This document shows, piece by piece, positions 27,863 to 36,388 of a stretch of DNA of 52,236 bases. The translations under genes were made by a program, and so were the position numbers. The stretch is from Lentisphaeria bacterium (GTDB lineage Bacteria > Verrucomicrobiota > Lentisphaeria > JABSQK01 > CAJWLW01). Location of the stretch: contig CAUZJQ010000001.1 in assembly GCA_963580095.1 (NCBI GenBank), positions 1 through 52,236 of the forward strand, in the 5' to 3' direction. Within the stretch, counting starts at the first letter, position 1; every line of letters begins with the position of its first letter. The notes below the pieces were generated by a model. The model did no database searches, was not told the DNA's origin, and saw only the letters and a list, made by a program, of their open reading frames with translations.

Positions 27863-28594
27863 ATGCATTGGTATTACATCACCGAGGGTCGGGCACACGG
27901 CCCCGTGGACAGCGGCCAGCTGCTCGCTCTGACCGAGGGGGCCATTGTCCGCCCCGAGACCAGGATCTGGCGTCAGGGCATGTCGGACTGGCAGCCGCTC
28001 AAAGCCTCAGAGACCGTGCAGATTACGCTCCCCACCTGCAGCCGCTGCCACCTCCGCAGGGCGGACAGTGAGATGCTGACCTACTGTAACCAGGCGATCT
28101 GTGGAGAGTGCAAAAACGCCTTTCTGCAATGCGTCAGAGACGGGGTATCCCTCGCAATCCCGCCGATCTACGCCGGCTTCGCGATCCGCGTTCTGGCATG
28201 GTTCGTAGACGCCGTCACCCTCCTGGCATTCACAACACCGCTGCTGGTGCTCCTCGAAGGTCTGGCGCCACCGCAGGGCAACCTCGCGCTGGTCATCGTT
28301 TCCTGGATAGCGATTGCCCTGGCTGGCGGCATACTCACCGCGGCAATTCAGATGCTGTACGAAACCTGGTTCGTCGGACGCTATGGCGCCACCCCCGGCA
28401 AGATGGCCTGCGGCCTGAAGATCGTCCGGCCGGATGGTTCCCTGCTGACCTTTCGCCGCGCCTTCGCCCGCTACTGGGGAAAAGTCCTTACCGGAATGAC
28501 CATGGGCATCGGGTTTCTGCTGATCACCATCGACAGCCAGTGCCGGAGCATGCACGATTTTATCTGCGACACCCGTGTCGTCCGCAACGAATAA
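27863..28594 (+). CDS. GYF_2 (DUF4339) / Cys-rich zinc module / RDD-domain membrane protein
   Basis: MHWYYITEGRAHGPVDSGQLLALTEGAIVRPETRIWRQGMSDWQPL is a textbook GYF_2 N-terminus. It is followed by CSRC-x12-CNQAICGEC, then an RDD-type region (YAGFAIRVLAWFVDAV ... GRYGATPGKMACGLKIV ... HDFICDTRVV). Start at ATG 27863, not the GTG at 27803. Confidence 0.75.
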   Translation: MHWYYITEGRAHGPVDSGQLLALTEGAIVRPETRIWRQGMSDWQPLKASETVQITLPTCSRCHLRRADSEMLTYCNQAICGECKNAFLQCVRDGVSLAIPPIYAGFAIRVLAWFVDAVTLLAFTTPLLVLLEGLAPPQGNLALVIVSWIAIALAGGILTAAIQMLYETWFVGRYGATPGKMACGLKIVRPDGSLLTFRRAFARYWGKVLTGMTMGIGFLLITIDSQCRSMHDFICDTRVVRNE

Positions 28595-28609
28595 CTGCCG
28601 AGCCGAAAC

Positions 28610-29824
28610 ATGCCTGCCGTTGCCACTATAAAATGCACCCATTGCCGCAGTCCGATGCCCTGGTCGATCGGTCGATCGTCCAGTCAGGAATGTCCCTGCT
28701 GCAGCGTCCAGCTGGATGTCGAAATATTCCCCGCCGTTGGCACTCTGCCGCCGCGGACCGTCGTGCAGGGCGTGGACGACGGCACCGCAACCTGCTACTT
28801 CCACGACGGCGCCGCCGCAAACCACGCCTGCGGGCAATGCGGCCGCTTTACCTGTGATCTGTGCAGTTTGCGTGTCGGACCGCACTGTCTCTGCCCACAA
28901 TGCCTGGACTTGCATCAACACAACGTGGAAGTGTTGCCGGTTGGCGACAAGCGGGTCTATGAAAAAATTGCATTTAACGTCTTTTTAACGAAAGACGAAT
29001 TGATCCATGTCGAAAACAACATGATCGGCAAACGATATATCCACATGCGCTTCACCGATATCCAGGCAATCATCATGCAGCGTACCCCGATCATCTTGAG
29101 ATTGCTCGGAATCTCTTGTTCACTGCACCTGCAGAATGCCGTACAAACCCTGCGACTGCCGACGATTCACACGCAGCGTCGGGCAAAAGAAATCATCGCG
29201 AAACTGCAGCCAAAGATCGAGGCGCACCAGGACGTGCCCACCTCGGAAAGACAGATACAGACGCCGCCCCCCACGCCAACTCCAGCAACCACCGCAACCC
29301 CGGTCACTCCGTATCACCAAGACTGCCGGATCAGTGTCAACGTTGCCTTTCACCTTGCCCTGATACTTTTCGGCGCAGGTATGGCAGCACGTTTCGTAGC
29401 CCCGACTACGGTTATCGGGTATGCGGTACTCTCGCTGTTCGGCGCATCCGTCTTTCTGGCCATCGGTGCACTGATCCGCCAGTGCCGCAGCAACCTGCCT
29501 CGAATTTTGAAGGCGTTCCCCTGGATGCATCTGCTGGTTGCCATTGGAACCCTGAAATTATCGAAGGCCGGGATCGCGGCAACGAAATTCTGGGTCTCCC
29601 TTTTGCCGCTGTTGCTCGAAGATACAGGAACCGTTCCGCTGCCGCGTCACCTGCTGAACTCCCTGCAGGATGTTTTGACGATGCCGCCAACGACATCGCC
29701 GCTGCATCTGACCGTCACGATAGCCGGCGTCTTGTATGGCATCGGCGCCGGAATCACCGGCATCGTGCTTCTGACAGTCTACAACAATCAGGCTAAAAGA
29801 GTTGCCAATGACTGGTCAGAATAA
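28610..29824 (+). CDS. Membrane protein with an N-terminal zinc ribbon plus a B-box-like zinc finger, a Pro/Thr linker and 4-5 TM helices
   Basis: CTHC-x17-CPCC, then CYFH-x8-CGQCGRFTCDLC...CLCPQC (C-x2-H-x8-C-x2-C-x4-C-x2-C). The linker is TPPPTPTPATTATPVTP. Hydrophobic segments occupy the C-terminal 170 aa. It begins 15 nt after the RDD gene stop. Confidence 0.6.
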   Translation: MPAVATIKCTHCRSPMPWSIGRSSSQECPCCSVQLDVEIFPAVGTLPPRTVVQGVDDGTATCYFHDGAAANHACGQCGRFTCDLCSLRVGPHCLCPQCLDLHQHNVEVLPVGDKRVYEKIAFNVFLTKDELIHVENNMIGKRYIHMRFTDIQAIIMQRTPIILRLLGISCSLHLQNAVQTLRLPTIHTQRRAKEIIAKLQPKIEAHQDVPTSERQIQTPPPTPTPATTATPVTPYHQDCRISVNVAFHLALILFGAGMAARFVAPTTVIGYAVLSLFGASVFLAIGALIRQCRSNLPRILKAFPWMHLLVAIGTLKLSKAGIAATKFWVSLLPLLLEDTGTVPLPRHLLNSLQDVLTMPPTTSPLHLTVTIAGVLYGIGAGITGIVLLTVYNNQAKRVANDWSE

Positions 29825-30101
29825 ATGCCGCAACCACCCCGGGCGCGATGTCGTGGCACGCTGTCCGCGTTGCACGCAGGCGCTCTGCCGCGAATGTGTT
29901 ACCGAGCATGACAACCGCATGTTGTGTGAGAGCTGCCTCCGCACTGTTATCCAGCCAACGGCACCCGATTCCAAACGTAAAAACGTTGCGATGGCGGCCG
30001 TCGCGGCGGCCGGATGCCTGCTGGTGTGGCTGTTCTTCCTTGCCACCGCACAGATCCTGGCACACGCACCGGCGGCATTTCACCGCTTTGCACCATGGTA
30101 A
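29808..30101 (+). CDS. Small single-pass membrane protein with an N-terminal B-box-like zinc finger (97 aa)
   Basis: MTGQNKCRNHPGRDVVARCPRCTQALCRECVTEHDNRMLCESCL has the same C-x2-H-x8-C-x2-C-x4-C-x2-C spacing as the preceding protein. One TM follows (VAMAAVAAAGCLLVWLFFLATAQIL). The ATG at 29808 overlaps the upstream gene by 17 nt, and the track start at 29802 is a TTG. Confidence 0.6.
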   Translation: MTGQNKCRNHPGRDVVARCPRCTQALCRECVTEHDNRMLCESCLRTVIQPTAPDSKRKNVAMAAVAAAGCLLVWLFFLATAQILAHAPAAFHRFAPW

Positions 30102-31024
30102 ATACAAAAACTTTCGACCAACAACACGGGCGGGCAACAACCGCGCTCATCGACGAAAGCGGACAACTCCTGCGCAGTGCGCCCGCTGGCGTCCTGTGCC
30201 TGTATTTCGCGGCCGCTGTGCCGTTCACAGCCGGACTGGTTTTCTTCTGGGCGATCATGATCCGCAGCAACCACAGCATATGGTTCGCCGCAGCAGCGGC
30301 ACTCGTGCTGAGCCTGCTCTTTGTCTGGATGAAAATCGGGCAAAATCTCTATTGTTGCCGTCTCAGGCAGCATCTTACCGGACGTCGCGATACCGTCGAC
30401 ATCTTGCGGGCGGTCTGCATTCAGACTGCCATCCAACCCACGGGTATCCTGACACTGCCAATCTGCCTGGTCATCGCCCTGCCCTACGGCTGGGCCTGTG
30501 CCTTTTACCAACACGCCACGGCGATGAACAGCAGAGCGAGCGACAGCAAGCAACTGCTTGAACTACGCCAGCACGCCATGCAGTGGCCACTGCAGAATCA
30601 TGCTGTGACATGGCTGCTGTCACCGGCCCTGACAATTGTCGGGGTCTGTGCGGTAATGACCATGCCGCCGCTCATGCGCCTGATTAATCCGGCTATGCCC
30701 CTGGCGCTGCAAGTGGCAACCTCGATGATCTTCATCGTTGTCGCGGTACTCAGCAGTCCTGTCGGCATGCTGATGGGCGCGAACTTTTCGGTAACGCTGC
30801 TGCTGCTGCTCTCGCAGACAGGCTGCGACTCGCCGATTGCTTCAGCGCTCCTGCAAGCCGGCGCGCCTTCGAGCACCTTTGCAGTCATAGTCTGCTGTCT
30901 CGCCTACCTGTGCATGGACCCGATCGTCAAGGCTTGCTATGTCCTGCGCGGTCACCACATCCGCTCGGGCGTGACTGCAGAAGACCTGCACGCCAGGCTA
31001 CGGCGAATCAGGGCCGGCAGCTGA
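30095..31024 (+). CDS. Polytopic membrane protein, unknown family (about 309 aa)
   Basis: I prefer the start at ATG 30095 (MVNTKTF), which overlaps the upstream stop as ATGGTAA. The track start at 30014 would overlap the B-box gene by 88 nt. There are at least six hydrophobic segments and no recognisable motif. Confidence 0.55.
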   Translation: MVNTKTFDQQHGRATTALIDESGQLLRSAPAGVLCLYFAAAVPFTAGLVFFWAIMIRSNHSIWFAAAAALVLSLLFVWMKIGQNLYCCRLRQHLTGRRDTVDILRAVCIQTAIQPTGILTLPICLVIALPYGWACAFYQHATAMNSRASDSKQLLELRQHAMQWPLQNHAVTWLLSPALTIVGVCAVMTMPPLMRLINPAMPLALQVATSMIFIVVAVLSSPVGMLMGANFSVTLLLLLSQTGCDSPIASALLQAGAPSSTFAVIVCCLAYLCMDPIVKACYVLRGHHIRSGVTAEDLHARLRRIRAGS

Positions 31025-31309
31025 AGATTTCAGTATCGACATCTATTTATTCTCAATGAAATTTCACTGCCGATAGTCGCTCAGGCTGAGCAACCTGTTG
31101 CCCACACTTTCAGAAAATCCGATTTAACTTCCTGCCAGTTTTTCGTATGTTGTACTGCCGACAGCTACAAGCAGCCAGCAAGTTCGGCAAGTCGACCAGT
31201 GGCACCGCGAGGGGTGAGAGGCCTGTAGCACCGTTGGATTATGCTGACCGTATTTATGCGGCTGATGATTTATTTCATCGATGTCGACACCCCGATCCCT
31301 TAATAGCCG

Positions 31310-31325
31310 GGCTTGGATCAAGACT
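31310..31325 (+). repeat. Left copy of the exact 16-nt direct repeat GGCTTGGATCAAGACT, about 130 nt upstream of cysK
   Basis: Identical to 32495-32510 on the other side of cysK; read directly. Confidence 0.9.
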
Positions 31326-31454
31326 GGCAGCTGCCGCTTGCATTCGTTTATCTCGTTAGTATCTTCTCACGTTATTACAATCGGTCAGGGAAGATTGTGC
31401 CCCGGAAAAATACCCGCTGGGCCCCGTACTCAATCCAATCACGCGAGGAGCAAC

Positions 31455-32429
31455 ATGGCTAATTACTTCAACGACAATTCACTGTCGATCGGCAACACAC
31501 CGCTGATCAGGATCAACCACATCACTGAGGGTGCCGAAGCCACGGTCCTCGCCAAAATCGAGGGCCGCAACCCGGCCTATTCCGTCAAGTGTCGGATCGG
31601 TGCCAACATGATCTGGGAAGCGCAGAAGGACGGTCAGTTGAAGCCCGGCATGGAAGTGGTCGAACCCACCAGCGGCAACACCGGCATCGCATTGGCCTAC
31701 GTCTGCGCCTCACATGGTTACAAACTGACCATCACCATGCCAGAGTCGATGAGTATGGAACGCCGAAAAGTGCTCACCGCACTTGGCGCCAGCATCGTCC
31801 TCACCGATGCGGCGAAGGGTATGAAGGGCGCCTGTGCCAAAGCCCAGGAAATCGCTGATTCCGATCCTAAGTACTTTTTGCCGCAGCAGTTCGAGAACCC
31901 GGCGAACCCCGGTATTCACGAGAAAACCACCGGCCCGGAGATCTGGGAACAAACCGGCGGCGAAATCGACATTCTCGTCTCGGGCGTCGGCACCGGCGGC
32001 ACGATCACCGGCGTCTCGCGCTACATCAAGAATGAGAAGGGCAAGGCCATCACCAGCGTCGCCGTCGAACCGGTCGAGAGCCCGGTCATCACGCAAACCA
32101 TGAACGGTGAAGATCTGCAGCCCGGCCCCCACAAGATCCAGGGCATCGGTGCCGGCTTCATCCCCGGCACCCTTGATCTCTCGATGGTCGATGTCTGCGA
32201 ACAGGTCGACAGCGCCACTTCCATCGACTACGCCCGCCGCCTGTCTAAGGAGGAGGGAATCCTGTCAGGCATCAGTTGCGGTGCCGCAATGGCCGTCGCG
32301 GACAGGCTTGCCAGACGCCCCGAGAATGCCGGCAAGACGATCGTTGCGATCCTGCCCGACGGTGGCGAGCGTTATCTCACAACTGCTCTCTTCGAAGGGC
32401 TCTTCGACGAAGAGGGCTTGGCAGTCTGA
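31455..32429 (+). CDS. cysK: Cysteine synthase A (O-acetylserine sulfhydrylase)
   Basis: Collinear with E. coli CysK through [70 protein letters not shown] and [16 protein letters not shown] precedes the ATG at 31455. The track ORF start at 31281 is a spurious extension. Confidence 0.95.
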   Translation: MANYFNDNSLSIGNTPLIRINHITEGAEATVLAKIEGRNPAYSVKCRIGANMIWEAQKDGQLKPGMEVVEPTSGNTGIALAYVCASHGYKLTITMPESMSMERRKVLTALGASIVLTDAAKGMKGACAKAQEIADSDPKYFLPQQFENPANPGIHEKTTGPEIWEQTGGEIDILVSGVGTGGTITGVSRYIKNEKGKAITSVAVEPVESPVITQTMNGEDLQPGPHKIQGIGAGFIPGTLDLSMVDVCEQVDSATSIDYARRLSKEEGILSGISCGAAMAVADRLARRPENAGKTIVAILPDGGERYLTTALFEGLFDEEGLAV

Positions 32430-32453
32430 GCCGCGCTCCCCGGAACTCTCCAA

Positions 32454-32490
32454 GGCGGTGCTGTCGAAGCAGGCAGCACCGCCTTTTTTT
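32454..32490 (+). terminator. Rho-independent terminator of cysK
   Basis: A perfect 10-bp stem, GGCGGTGCTG (32454-32463) with CAGCACCGCC (32474-32483), a 10-nt loop, then T7 (32484-32490). It lies 25 nt after the stop codon. Confidence 0.85.
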
Positions 32491-32494
32491 ATCT

Positions 32495-32510
32495 GGCTTG
32501 GATCAAGACT
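32495..32510 (+). repeat. Right copy of the 16-nt direct repeat GGCTTGGATCAAGACT, overlapping the stop codon of the GT2 gene
   Basis: Identical to 31310-31325. It sits immediately after the cysK terminator T-tract. Confidence 0.9.
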
Positions 32511-33249
32511 CCGGACGCTCGTACCAGAGCCCGCAGCCTTCCCGTGATTTCATGCGCGAAGGCTGCAGCACCAGCCGCAGACACATCCCAAGAATCCGGA
32601 GCGGTGAATACCAGTGAAACTTGCGCATCGACGTCGCGATGCGTACGCGCAGCACCCTGAACTTGCAGCCATTCGCTTTTCCCCAGCGCTTCAGAGCATT
32701 CGAAAAATGAATCTCCTCCGAGGCATAGTACGTCTCATCAAAGCCGCCCACCGCTTCCCAGGCATCGCGCCGGCAGAATACGTAGGCACCGCAGGCCCAA
32801 TTGCAGCAGATCGACAGGAGGTTCCAAGATGAGACCCCCACCGCCACTGCCCAGCCTGCGTGCGTCCGGTCCGACTGGGCGTCGATCAGTGTTCCGCCGC
32901 CAACACAGTCACCGCCATCCAACGCCGCAAGTGACTGGCGCAACAACTCGGCGGGAATCAGCGTATCGGCATCCACAAAGATCAAATATCTGCCGCGACT
33001 GTGCTTGCCGCCAGCGTTGCGCGATCGGGCAATCTGCCGGATCGGTTCCTCGATGACCCTGGCACCATGGCGCCGGGCGATCTCACCGGTACTGTCCGTC
33101 GAATCGTTGTCGGCCACAACGACCTCACCTCGATGTGACGTGATCTCTGCAACAACAGCATTCACCCGCTCGAGTGTGGCGGGCAACAACTCCGCCTCGT
33201 TATAGGCGGGAATGATGATGGAGTAATCGGTCGCAGGTTCGTGGGACAT
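32503..33249 (-). CDS. Glycosyltransferase family 2
   Basis: YSIIIPAYNEAELL, VVADNDSTDSTGEIA and YLIFVDADT (DxD) indicate a GT-A fold. 248 aa. Confidence 0.85.
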   Translation of the reverse strand: MSHEPATDYSIIIPAYNEAELLPATLERVNAVVAEITSHRGEVVVADNDSTDSTGEIARRHGARVIEEPIRQIARSRNAGGKHSRGRYLIFVDADTLIPAELLRQSLAALDGGDCVGGGTLIDAQSDRTHAGWAVAVGVSSWNLLSICCNWACGAYVFCRRDAWEAVGGFDETYYASEEIHFSNALKRWGKANGCKFRVLRVRIATSMRKFHWYSPLRILGMCLRLVLQPSRMKSREGCGLWYERPES

Positions 33250-33532
33250 GTATACAAGATAGCCTCAGTTTCGCGACAGGTAAATCGAGTGGCATCGACA
33301 TACCGGCGAACATGATGTATCGGCTTTGAAAGCCCGGCACCGCCAGCATCCCTGCATCTGGACTCAACCGGGAACGAACACGCCCGGCAATTCTTGTTGG
33401 CAACAGTTAACGAGTATCTCAAGGGAAGCAGCAGCCATCACTTGCTCACACATCCCGTCTTGAACATCACGCAATTCTGCGACATTGTATGCCAAAACAT
33501 CCCATACAACCAAGGCGAATGGAGATACAATC

Positions 33533-34516
33533 ATGACTGAAATAGAAAAACAAATCCTCGAACAGCCGGCGACAGTCCTCTCCCAGGAACAGCGGGAATT
33601 CTATTTCGAAAACGGTTACCTGCTGGTCGAAAAAGTTGTTCCGCAGGAATGGGTCGACCGGATGATCGCCGTCACCAATGAATTCGTCGACCGCAGCCGG
33701 AGTCTGGAAAAGTCCGACTCTGTCTTCGACCTGGAACCCGGACACACGGCTGAGAATCCGCGACTACGCCGCCTCAGCAGTCCGCCCGAGCACCATCCGG
33801 AATACTGGGCTTACGCGAAAGAATCAATCATCGCGGACCTTGCGGGCGACCTCGTTGGTCAAGACGTGAAATACCATCACTCAAAACTCAACTTCAAGTG
33901 GGCCGAAGGCGGCGAGGAGGTCAAGTGGCATCAGGACATTTCCTTTTGGCCGCACACCAACTATTCGCCACTGACTATCGGCACATACCTTTACGACGTC
34001 GGCCCGGACCAGGGACCACTCGGCGTTGTGCCCGGCAGCCACAAAGGCGAGCTGCACAGCCAATACAATACCAAGGGACAATGGACCGGCTGCCTGGGCG
34101 ACGCGGATCTGGCCAACGTCGATATGGCATCGGCCAAATTTCTCACCGGCCCCGCCGGCTCGGTGACCATCCACAACTGCCGGGTCATTCATGGTTCTGC
34201 CATCAACTATTCCGACGCTGGCCGCCCCCTCCTGCTCAACGTCTATTCCGCAGCCGATGCTTGCCCCTACACAGCGAACCCGCTGAAAACGCGGCTCGAA
34301 GGCGAGATCGTCCGAGGCAAGGCCGCCCGATGGGCGCGACACGATCCGCGCCCCTGCGAAATGCCGCCTGACTGGTCGGATGGATACGTCTCCATATACG
34401 CCCTGCAGCAGGAAGAGGAAGTGGACGAGGACCAGATGAAACACATCAGCCAACAAATGGCGGGGATTTCGAAAGATGCACCGCCGCATGATGCCGATGC
34501 GATCGTCGCAGAATAG
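33533..34516 (+). CDS. Phytanoyl-CoA dioxygenase (PhyH) family Fe(II)/2-oxoglutarate oxygenase
   Basis: FYFENGYLLVEKVV, VKWHQDISFWP (H-x-D) and a distal His in VIHGS. ATG at 33533 with GGAGA upstream; the track start at 33485 is a TTG. Confidence 0.85.
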   Translation: MTEIEKQILEQPATVLSQEQREFYFENGYLLVEKVVPQEWVDRMIAVTNEFVDRSRSLEKSDSVFDLEPGHTAENPRLRRLSSPPEHHPEYWAYAKESIIADLAGDLVGQDVKYHHSKLNFKWAEGGEEVKWHQDISFWPHTNYSPLTIGTYLYDVGPDQGPLGVVPGSHKGELHSQYNTKGQWTGCLGDADLANVDMASAKFLTGPAGSVTIHNCRVIHGSAINYSDAGRPLLLNVYSAADACPYTANPLKTRLEGEIVRGKAARWARHDPRPCEMPPDWSDGYVSIYALQQEEEVDEDQMKHISQQMAGISKDAPPHDADAIVAE

Positions 34517-34525
34517 AACGTCACA

Positions 34526-34714
34526 ATGGCAACACCCAACATCAAAGTCACCTTCGAGATCAAGCCGGACATGTACGAAATGCTGAAAAAAGTTCGCGAC
34601 GAGTACGGGCTGCCGGATACCTCAAAGGCCATGCGCGTCCTGCTGGACTATGCCGCCGACGATGGTGACTGGGACGAGATCTTCGCCACCATCCGCTGCC
34701 GTCGTTGCAGCTGA
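34526..34714 (+). CDS. Small protein (62 aa) with a ribbon-helix-helix-like N-terminal region and an acidic, CxxC-terminated tail
   Basis: The beta-strand-like KVTFEIK is followed by two helices, PDMYEMLKKVRDEYG and DTSKAMRVLLDYA, the layout typical of CopG/Arc/MetJ. The tail is DDGDWDEIFATIRCRRCS. GC-rich third codon positions are consistent with coding. It starts 9 nt after the PhyH stop. Confidence 0.5.
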   Translation: MATPNIKVTFEIKPDMYEMLKKVRDEYGLPDTSKAMRVLLDYAADDGDWDEIFATIRCRRCS

Positions 34715-34744
34715 AGCGCGAAACGCACGCCGGAATGGCCCGAT

Positions 34745-35494
34745 TCAACCGGCCAATATTTCCCGATGCCGCGCCTTGTTCGCCTCGTACAAGGCCTGGG
34801 CCTCGGCGCTCTTTTCCGCACTGGCCCCGGTGAAAACGAGTGCGAAAGCCGGGCGATGCCGTGTCGTCGATCGATTGGGATCGGCCCGATGAACAGTGTT
34901 GCCATGGTGCACCACCGCATCGCCGGCCTGCAACTCGATCATCACCTCGCGCGCTTCGTCTTCCGGCCCGTAATCACTGATGGCCTGAGAAAAGCCAAGC
35001 ACCGCGCTGGCGGCATGCGGCCGCACTCCACCGGTGTGTGAACCTCGCACGTACCGCAGGCAACCGTTCTCTTCATCGACATCCTCGATGGCCAGCCAGA
35101 TTGTCAAAACGCTGGGCGGGCGCCAGCAAAAATAAAAATTGTCCTGGTGCGGCGGCGTCTCGTGAACCGTGTTAGATGGCTTGTTGAACCACTCCGGCCC
35201 CATGACAGTGGCAATTTCCTCGCCCAACATTGCCAGCGCCAGGTAGCGCCAATGTTCATTTTCCGTGAATTCAGAAAAATATGGATCACCCCCCATACAC
35301 TGCAACTGCTTGAGTGTTTCAGGCCGGCTGCTATCCTGATAGAACGCGTGAGTTTCCGGCAACGTCGGCACGATGTCACGGATATAGCGGTCGAGATTCT
35401 CTCGCAGCTCTGCCAACGCATCACCCATCACAAAATCGCGGACGACGACAAAACCGTCACGGTCATAGTCAGTCTTCAACGCATCGTAGTTCAT
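34745..35494 (-). CDS. Phytanoyl-CoA dioxygenase (PhyH) family Fe(II)/2-oxoglutarate oxygenase
   Basis: YDRDGFVVVRDFV, TPPHQDNFYF (H-x-D) and GNTVHRADPN (distal His). AGAGG SD. It starts 6 nt after the epimerase stop. Confidence 0.85.
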   Translation of the reverse strand: MNYDALKTDYDRDGFVVVRDFVMGDALAELRENLDRYIRDIVPTLPETHAFYQDSSRPETLKQLQCMGGDPYFSEFTENEHWRYLALAMLGEEIATVMGPEWFNKPSNTVHETPPHQDNFYFCWRPPSVLTIWLAIEDVDEENGCLRYVRGSHTGGVRPHAASAVLGFSQAISDYGPEDEAREVMIELQAGDAVVHHGNTVHRADPNRSTTRHRPAFALVFTGASAEKSAEAQALYEANKARHREILAG

Positions 35495-35500
35495 GATCGC

Positions 35501-36280
35501 TTACCTCTGGTTGTTCGCACTGACAATATACTGCAAAAAGTTCTCCACGGGGTTCCAGCCAAGGACTTCGCGAGTGCGCTCAACGTTGCAATGCTCCGCC
35601 GCGCCCGGATCATTCACCACATGCAGAATCTCGCAGCCCAGATCCGGGACCGACAGGGCCAACCGCACCGCCTGCGCCAGGTCCCAGCGGCAGATCCACT
35701 GCGGCCACGCGTCGCAAAATCCGTCGATCAACAACCCGCGAAACATGTCGATCCCGGTACGGCAGTCAACAATGCAGTCCGGCCGCAGCACGATTGTCCC
35801 TGCACCAGTGTCATCGTGGAAGTGCCGGCACATTTCCTCCTGCAGCCGCTTGGTCACGGCATATAGCGACCAGTCGGGCCGTCGCACCTCGCCGCTGTTG
35901 AAAACACCACGCGGATTCTGCACGTGGCATGAACCTACATGCACAAAACGCCGCACCGCATGCCGTCGCGCCGACTCGAGAACGTGCCAGAGTCCCTGCA
36001 CATTGACACGGAATGCCATGTCCGCATCGGGATTCCCGAATTGCGAAAAGAAAACGGCCGCGTGCACGATGGCGTCGCTGCCCGCGACCGCGGCATCCAC
36101 CGCCGCAGCGTCCGCAATGTCACCGTACACCTTGCTGCCGTCCCAGGCCACGTGCAAATCATCCCAATTTTCCCAGGATTCGGCGTTCAGGTCGAAAGCC
36201 GTCAGTGTATGGTCGTGCTGCAACGTCTCGACCACAGCGCGCCCAACCCAGCCAGCCGCGCCGAAAATTGTGATATTCAT
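35501..36280 (-). CDS. NAD(P)-dependent epimerase/dehydratase family (extended/atypical SDR)
   Basis: MNITIFGAAGWVGRAVV (GxxGxxG) and YAVTKRL (YxxxK). 259 aa. GGAGATGG SD. Confidence 0.8.
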   Translation of the reverse strand: MNITIFGAAGWVGRAVVETLQHDHTLTAFDLNAESWENWDDLHVAWDGSKVYGDIADAAAVDAAVAGSDAIVHAAVFFSQFGNPDADMAFRVNVQGLWHVLESARRHAVRRFVHVGSCHVQNPRGVFNSGEVRRPDWSLYAVTKRLQEEMCRHFHDDTGAGTIVLRPDCIVDCRTGIDMFRGLLIDGFCDAWPQWICRWDLAQAVRLALSVPDLGCEILHVVNDPGAAEHCNVERTREVLGWNPVENFLQYIVSANNQR

Positions 36281-36388
36281 GATCCTACCATCTCCGTCTC
36301 GTCACCCAATCGCAACATACTTCAGGTACGGCACGAAGCCGGCGCTGTGACCACGCGCCGATCGGCGGCACCCCACAGGTTGATCGAA

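Noticed and set aside
34526-34714. The 62-aa ORF read as a RiPP precursor peptide tailored by the flanking PhyH oxygenases and GT2.
   Set aside because: Not adopted as the primary call. The N-terminal two-thirds fit an RHH fold well. There is no recognisable leader/core organisation, no maturation protease or exporter, and no RiPP recognition element protein nearby. It is kept as an alternative hypothesis in the findings.
36356-36367. Perfect palindromes in intergenic DNA: CGCCGATCGGCG at 36356-36367, AGCTGCAGCT at 23393-23402 and GCTCAG-G-CTGAGC at 31079-31091.
   Set aside because: Perfect 10-12-bp palindromes are expected many times by chance in 52 kb (about 52,000/4^6 for 12-mers). None recurs elsewhere in the window or sits in a convincing promoter geometry.
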